Shown: positions 55,740 to 64,000 of the stretch, in pieces | How positions within the stretch are numbered: position 1 is the stretch's first letter | Layout: every line of letters begins with the position of its first letter | NCBI RefSeq assembly: GCF_009914755.1 | Contig: NC_060928.1 | Source: the human T2T-CHM13v2.0 reference genome, Homo sapiens | Length of the DNA stretch: 64,000 nt | Strand: one strand, 5' to 3' | Notes under the pieces: generated by a model | Told to the model about the DNA's origin: nothing | Seen by the model: the letters and a program-made list of their open reading frames with translations, nothing else | Database searches by the model: none | Made by a program: the position numbers and the translations under genes

Positions 55740-58459
55740 ACAGGTGAACTGAAGAGACAGGTCTAAGTATAGGATTTAAAAGACAGCAGAAACATAATAC
55801 CTGTTGCCCTTGTGAGTATTTGGCAGGTGTTTTTCTATAACACCTGTTTGCCAACCTATGTCCTCACAGTTGCTCTTCTCTCTGCTGCGAATATTATTCC
55901 TGCTCTTCACATCTCTGGCCGCTTCTCATCACTCATACCTCAGCTCACTCTGCTCCACCACAGACACAATGGATGCCACTGAAAACCCTTCTGAAGGCAC
56001 CCCTCCTCCATCAGGATCACATCATCTTGGGCTACTGTTCTCAAACAATTACCACCCCAATGTGTGTGTACGTGTGTGTATCTGTGTGCGTGTGATACAT
56101 ACTCATTTTATTTTCTGTCTCCCCCAAATGCAATTCAAGCTCTAAGACAGGAAGAGCACCTCTTTTGTGCTCATCTTTGTCTAGCAATGCTGCTCTGTAT
56201 TAATAACTGTATAAACATTTGTTAAAGGAATGAATGGATGAATGATCTCTAAGAGAAGCCCTACAGAAGCATGTTGCAGGATAGAAGGAGTCTGCATAGG
56301 GGAGGAAATCATGAGAGATCCTGACCCTGGCCTAACCAGGAGGGGTGGAGGGCAGGAATGGCCTGAAGAGGGGGATATTTTATCAGTGACATTGATTCGC
56401 ATTACAAGTGCATGGTAATAACAAAAAGTATGCCCACTTTTAATTGTTTTTATTACTGTTTTTAAACTACGCAAACACTACACCCCTCATCACCTGCACC
56501 CCAGGAAGACTGTTCCCATTGCCCTACAGTACACCACTGGACTTACAAGCGAGTCTTCTGCTCAATGTGGAGAAAGAAAATATTAAATTAAGGAAGGTAG
56601 AGGAACCTCAATATCTCTGATCTATCTATCAACTATCTAAATGTTCTTTCAACAAACATTTGTTGAGTACCAACTATGAGCCAGTGCTGTGTAAAGTTCA
56701 ACAAAACAAGGTGGTGAAGGCATAGCTGCTGGGCTCTGTACCTGGTTATAGACCCAGACCCAGTAGGGACAATGACACTGAATGGTAAAGACTTCCCTAC
56801 AGATGAGAGCCAAGTGCTTGGTGGATGTCATAGATGTGCTGAGTTCTTCTATTGTAGAATACCAGGGGAAGTCAATCCCAAGAGGTGATGTGTTAGGTGG
56901 GCTCTGAAAGTCACACAAGATATTGCTGGGAAGCAAGAGGAGGAAAATGTTTTGAGTGAGGCACAGAGATGTGAAAAGGGATGGCCTGTTTGGGAATGCA
57001 GGCTAGTGTGTCTAGCACTCCTGTCGCTTGAACTGCAGCCCAACATATAGAAGAGCAGGGAAAGAGGACAGTAAAGGTTAAGTTGGGCCAGGCATGCAAC
57101 AGGCCTTGAATGCCACATTGAAAATAAAACCCAAGAAACAAAAAAAGCAAAATTACCTTCTACCAGTGGGCAGCCACCAAGGTGTGGAAGTGGGGAATGA
57201 CACCAGGAGCCTTTTACTTTTTGAAAACTCCCCTGCTGGCTGTGAAGATCACAGCCAACATGGGTGACCTTAACTCTGTGCAAATGTCAGCCAGCAAGGA
57301 AAGTGGAGCTCCCTATAGCATGCACCTGCTCTCTGCATCAATGTTTCCATCCCTTTATTTGCTGCCAGTTTTCTGAACCTCAAAAACCCATTCATGTTTA
57401 TTAATGACTACCTATAGTACATCACAAGTGTGACATTTAAAACTTAAAGTTGTTTGAATTATGAGATTTCCAAGAAAGTAAAAATTCCTCTACATTTGAA
57501 ACCCTTTCAGTTCTACCAGCCCCCATAGCTATGGAAAAAGAGCTTAAGAGTTTTCAAACTCCACAGAATTTTGTTTTTGTTTATAGAAGGACCAACTGTG
57601 AAGTATTTCAAACACTAGTTATTATTGTGTTGTTTTGAAAGCTGTGAATGTGTCAAAGTCTTCAGTAGGGAAGGTCCATTATCTCTAGTGCAATGATAAT
57701 AAAATACATAACATGATATAATTATACATATATTAAAATGATGCATGTGCAGGCACAGAGTCCAGAACAGAGCAAAATGGGAAAAGGAATTATTGCTGTG
57801 TGCTCCGAAGAACATTGGCTTTAGTGTGAGACAGTCCTGGGCTCAAACCCCAGCCTCCATTTCCTTCTAAGGAATCATTGCTAAGCTTCAAGGAAACAGA
57901 ATACACCAAAGACATTAATTCTGTCCAAGCAAGGTCACACTGACATTTAATCCAAATGGATAGTGATATTGAGCCCTCTTAGCTTGATTGCAGGGTGTCC
58001 TTCCTCTCATCGACATCTTCTGATTCTTTCTTCCACTTGCAAAAAGATAATACCATGTGCCTACAATTAGTTTACTCATTGCCCTTGTCCTATGGGTTAT
58101 GTTAATCGGGTAAAACTTTGGCTGTGTTACAACAGCAGCACCCCTAAATCCCAAAGGGTTTACACACAAAAGTGTGTTTCCAGCTCACACAAAATCAACT
58201 TAGAATCCAGGTGACCTTGGCACAATTATCCCTCATGCCACTTGCCCCCACTGCCTCCAAGTCTGAGGAGGAAGGGGGCTGGGATGTGGACACTGGCTCT
58301 GCCCCATTTGGAGCTACTTTTTCACTGGACCCTGGAAAAGTCTTTCTCTACCCAGAACTTCACAATATCTCTCATGAAATCAGAGTCTTCAGCTTCGCTT
58401 TCATTTGTGTTTTCTCCTGTACGTAAATATCAGTAAAGGAACTTTCAAAAACCCTCTCC

Positions 58460-58615
58460 AGCTGGGTGTGATAGTGTGTGCCTGTGTTTCCAGCTACTCA
58501 GGAGGCTGAAGTAGGAGGATTGTTTGAGCCCAGGAGTTTGAGGCTGCAGTGAAATACAATCATACCACTGTACTATAGCCTGGGTGACAAAGCTAGACCC
58601 TGTCTCAAAGAAAAA
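58460..58615 (+). mobile_element. Alu right-arm monomer (FRAM/AluJ-like)
   Basis: gctgggtgtg...ttgagcccaggagtttgaggctgcagtga...tctcaaag. Confidence 0.8.
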
Positions 58616-59031
58616 GATTATCCATTTTTACAATGATAAGGTATAGACCACAGAACACATTCTAAATCTATTTCACAAGTTTTTGCCAGGCCCCAGCTGT
58701 AGGCCAAGACAAGGTTAACTCACTGACTTAGCAACTCCTACCACTGAAACAAGTGGCAAGTGTAGCATGGAAAATGAAAAATGGAAAATAGGTTTCCATG
58801 ACCAAACCCATCACTGAATTCCTCTATGACATCTCAAGAAATGAGATTTGTAAATAATGAACAGAGGAAAAGGTGGCTGCAAAGGAGTCCTCAAGTTTCA
58901 TCATGTAAGGAGCATAATAAAATGTCTACAGCTTTTTAGAGGATATCTTTCTGGCTTCTACCCAAGACAACTTCAAAATTTCAAGGTACTAATTTCATGC
59001 AGAAATTATTTACTTAAAATCTTGGTACATT

Positions 59032-59187
59032 AGAGAGAGAGAGAGGAAAAAGAAGACAGGAAGGAGGGAGGAGAAAGGAAGGGAGGGGAAGGGAAGGGAA
59101 GGGAAGGGAAGGGAAGGGAAGGGAAGGGAAGGGAAGGAGGCAGGGAGGGAAGGAGGGAAGGAAGGAAGGAAGCAAAGAAGGAAGAAA
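59032..59187. repeat. (GGGAA)n/(GGAA)n purine-rich repeat
   Basis: Seen directly. Confidence 0.92.
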
Positions 59188-59792
59188 ATTTCCTTTTTTC
59201 TTAAACTTTCTTCTTTCATACCTAGGAGAAATTATCATGTTTTGGAATTTTTCAGAAATTTAAAGATAATCTAGTTCTATGACCCTTTTCAGAGAAGGAA
59301 ATCTGTAGCTCAGGAAGGTGAGGCTCACCGTCACTAATCACAGGGTCAGCAAACGAATGAACTAAACCTTTGTGCAGCACTTTCCACAAACTCTGTTGTG
59401 CTGTCTAGCTAAACAACAGCTTAGATGAGAGGAAGACCTTGCGGGGTAATTATCTCTCCCAGATCCTAGCCAAAGAATGCAGCCTTCTGTTTGTACCAAG
59501 GCACTTGGTTTCTGTGTTTCTGTGCTGAAAGAACAGTGCCTGTTTGAGTCCTTGGCCATTGGCCAGAGAAGCTGGGCTCTGGAAGCAGTTCAGGGAGACT
59601 GCAGTGAATGGGAGGAAGGCTCCCAGCTGAGAGGAGGCTCTTGGCTGTCCACTGAGGAGAGGCTAGGAATCCTTCACAATGAACGATTGAGAAATCCTCC
59701 AGGAAGGTAAACAACTTCAAGTGTGCAATTGGTGGCCAAGGATGAACTACTGATGTGAGCAAAAGGCCAACTAAGTGTCCGCCCGCTTACTC

Positions 59793-59903
59793 ATTTTTTC
59801 TCTTCTTCTTTTCCACTCCCTCCCTCCTCTTCCCCTTCCTGCTCCTTCTCCTCCTCCTCCACCTCCTCCTGCTGCTGCTTCTCCTCTTCTTCCTTCCTTT
59901 TTT
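59793..59903. repeat. CT-rich low-complexity tract
   Basis: Seen directly. Confidence 0.85.
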
Positions 59904-60660
59904 CATAAACCACTAAAATGATTTATTTTTTTCAGGTATCTAAACCCTAGATGTTTAAAATCTCCAACATCTATTTTAGATGGAGTGTGGGGTGATGCAC
60001 ACAGCCTAGAGAAACTCCTTATGTAACTGAGGTGTTTGCCAACCCTTCACTATTTCTTCTCATTACTGGTCTGTAACTCAGGGCTCTTCTGCACAGATAT
60101 AGTAGGTAAATTGCAGAGTTGGTGGTCAAATAGACCTGGATTAGAATTCTGACTCCATTTCCATCGAACTGTGTGTCCTTGAGGAAGTTGTTTAATGTCT
60201 CTGATTTTCACTTTCCACACTAAGAAAAAGCACAGACCCTGCAGAATCATAAAGAGGAAATCTCAGATGCATTCCATTACCCAGCTCTCTCCGTGTTAAA
60301 GAGCTTCAAGGTTTGCTCCTCTTTTCTTCCCTGGTGACAATTTTCATGTGCCGGGTAAAAATATTACTCACTCACTCATTTGTTTATTCACTAAGTGTTG
60401 ACTTTATGGGATAGTCACTGTTCTAGGTTCTGAGTTTTGAGGAATGAATCGAAGACACAGAGTCCCTACTCTCATGGAGACAGGCTCCTGGTAGTGAAGG
60501 TCAGTAAGTGAACACCAGAAAAGAAGGTGAACAAAATTTTACCTTTTAATTACTGTTATATTTCCAGTCCCATGAATGGGTCCTGGCACATAGTAGGTGG
60601 TCAGTTAATATCTGTAGAATGATTTAAATGAATTACATTTGGTAAAAAAAATTAAAACAG

Positions 60661-62946
<2,286 letters not shown>

Positions 62947-63050
62947 AAGAATAACTGGTGGTGTTTGATTTCACAAAGTACATTTGGGCAGATCTTTAGT
63001 TCTTGGGGGGGTGGGGCTGGAATCTGCGGGTGTGACCGCCACTCTAGGTC

Positions 63051-63327
63051 TGTGCTGTCCAGCAAAGTAGCCATTGGCCACATGTGGCTACTAAGCATGT
63101 GAAATACAGCTAATCAAGACTGAAATATTAAAACACACACCAGTTTTAGAAGACTAGGAAAAAAGCAAACCTTTATTAGATTTTTATGTTGATTATATGT
63201 TGGAAAGATAATATTTTGGATGTGTCAAATGTTAAAAATTAATTTCACCCATTTTTGTGACGTGGCTACTAAGGAATTTCAGGTGATGCTTGTGGCTCCT
63301 CACACGGTTTCTACTGGACAGTGCTGC
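63051..63327. mobile_element. MER33/MER3-like hAT element within the retained intron
   Basis: TIR-like gtgctgtcca.../...tggacagtgctg; agcca...cacatgtggcta motif. Confidence 0.75.
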
Positions 63328-63489
63328 TGCAGGTGATCCTAAGGCGGGTGGGTGCAGGAACCCAGCTGAGAGTTTAGAAATTACGTGTAAATTTGGAGAC
63401 AAGTGTCTGTGGGGGAAGGAGCCTCCGGACGTGGAGATACAACTCTTGCTCCTAACATTTATCGAGTCTTTAATTAATGCCCTGGGTAA

Positions 63490-63620
63490 CTATAAGGTTG
63501 GAACTGTAATTGTCACCATATTGATGATGAGAAACTTGAGAAAGGATAAGTGACTTGTCTAAAATCACACAGTAAAACCTCAAATCAAACCCAGGCCCTC
63601 TGGCTCCAGACTCTAAATTA
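63490..63620 (-). mobile_element. MIR within the retained intron
   Basis: gatgagaaact...aagtgacttgtctaaaatcacacag...caaacccagg. Confidence 0.65.
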
Positions 63621-64000
63621 TACTCTGAATGATACTCACTGATTGTCCGAGGACACAGTGTCGAGGCACTATCTGCTGGGTGTCTGCAGAACCTTACTGT
63701 TCTAAAGCAAAACATTTTACCCCTGGACAAGAGCAGCAAAGGTGGCGTTCGGCCCTCCTTGGCTCTCATTTGACTGTTCAAAGCCAAGTGCTTTTCTTTC
63801 TTGGGTCAGAACATATTTTCAGCAGCATTTTGAAGCACCCCTGGCATGCACTGCACAGGGAAACCAGGACCACATTGGTGTGCTGCGTCCTCCTTACCAA
63901 CTGGCTCTTGGAGGAGGCTGCTCTTTGGCGTAAATTGCAATCGATTAGGGATCGTTTCTCAGAATCAAGTTAGAAGTGAGAGTTCAGATAAGTGAGGCCG

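Overview
Primate (most likely human) intergenic, AT-rich, repeat-dense DNA. No intact host protein-coding gene is present, and almost all ORFs in the track are chance ORFs or repeat-derived. Most of the window is Alu, L1, L2, MIR, ERVL-MaLR (THE1/MST/MLT1), ERV1 and DNA-transposon (Tigger2, MER20, MER58, MER5, MER33) sequence, often nested. The stand-out feature starts abruptly at ~60660. It is a CpG island matching, from recall, RNPS1 exon 1 and its GTAAGT donor. About 2 kb of intron-like sequence follows, then RNPS1 5'UTR/exon-2-like sequence running off the window end. I read this as the 5' part of a semi-processed (intron-retaining) RNPS1 retrocopy, probably RNPS1P1 on 4p near HS3ST1. It hosts the MIR572 hairpin and has been interrupted by a 5'-inverted L1PA2-like insertion with a perfect 15-bp TSD. 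Other oddities: a THE1 fragment flanked by a 41-bp duplication, a head-to-head THE1 fusion, an LTR-less poly(A)-tailed ERV pol fragment, and a diverged ~200-bp direct repeat around a Tigger2. Gene, miRNA and subfamily names come from memory of consensus sequences, not from a database search.
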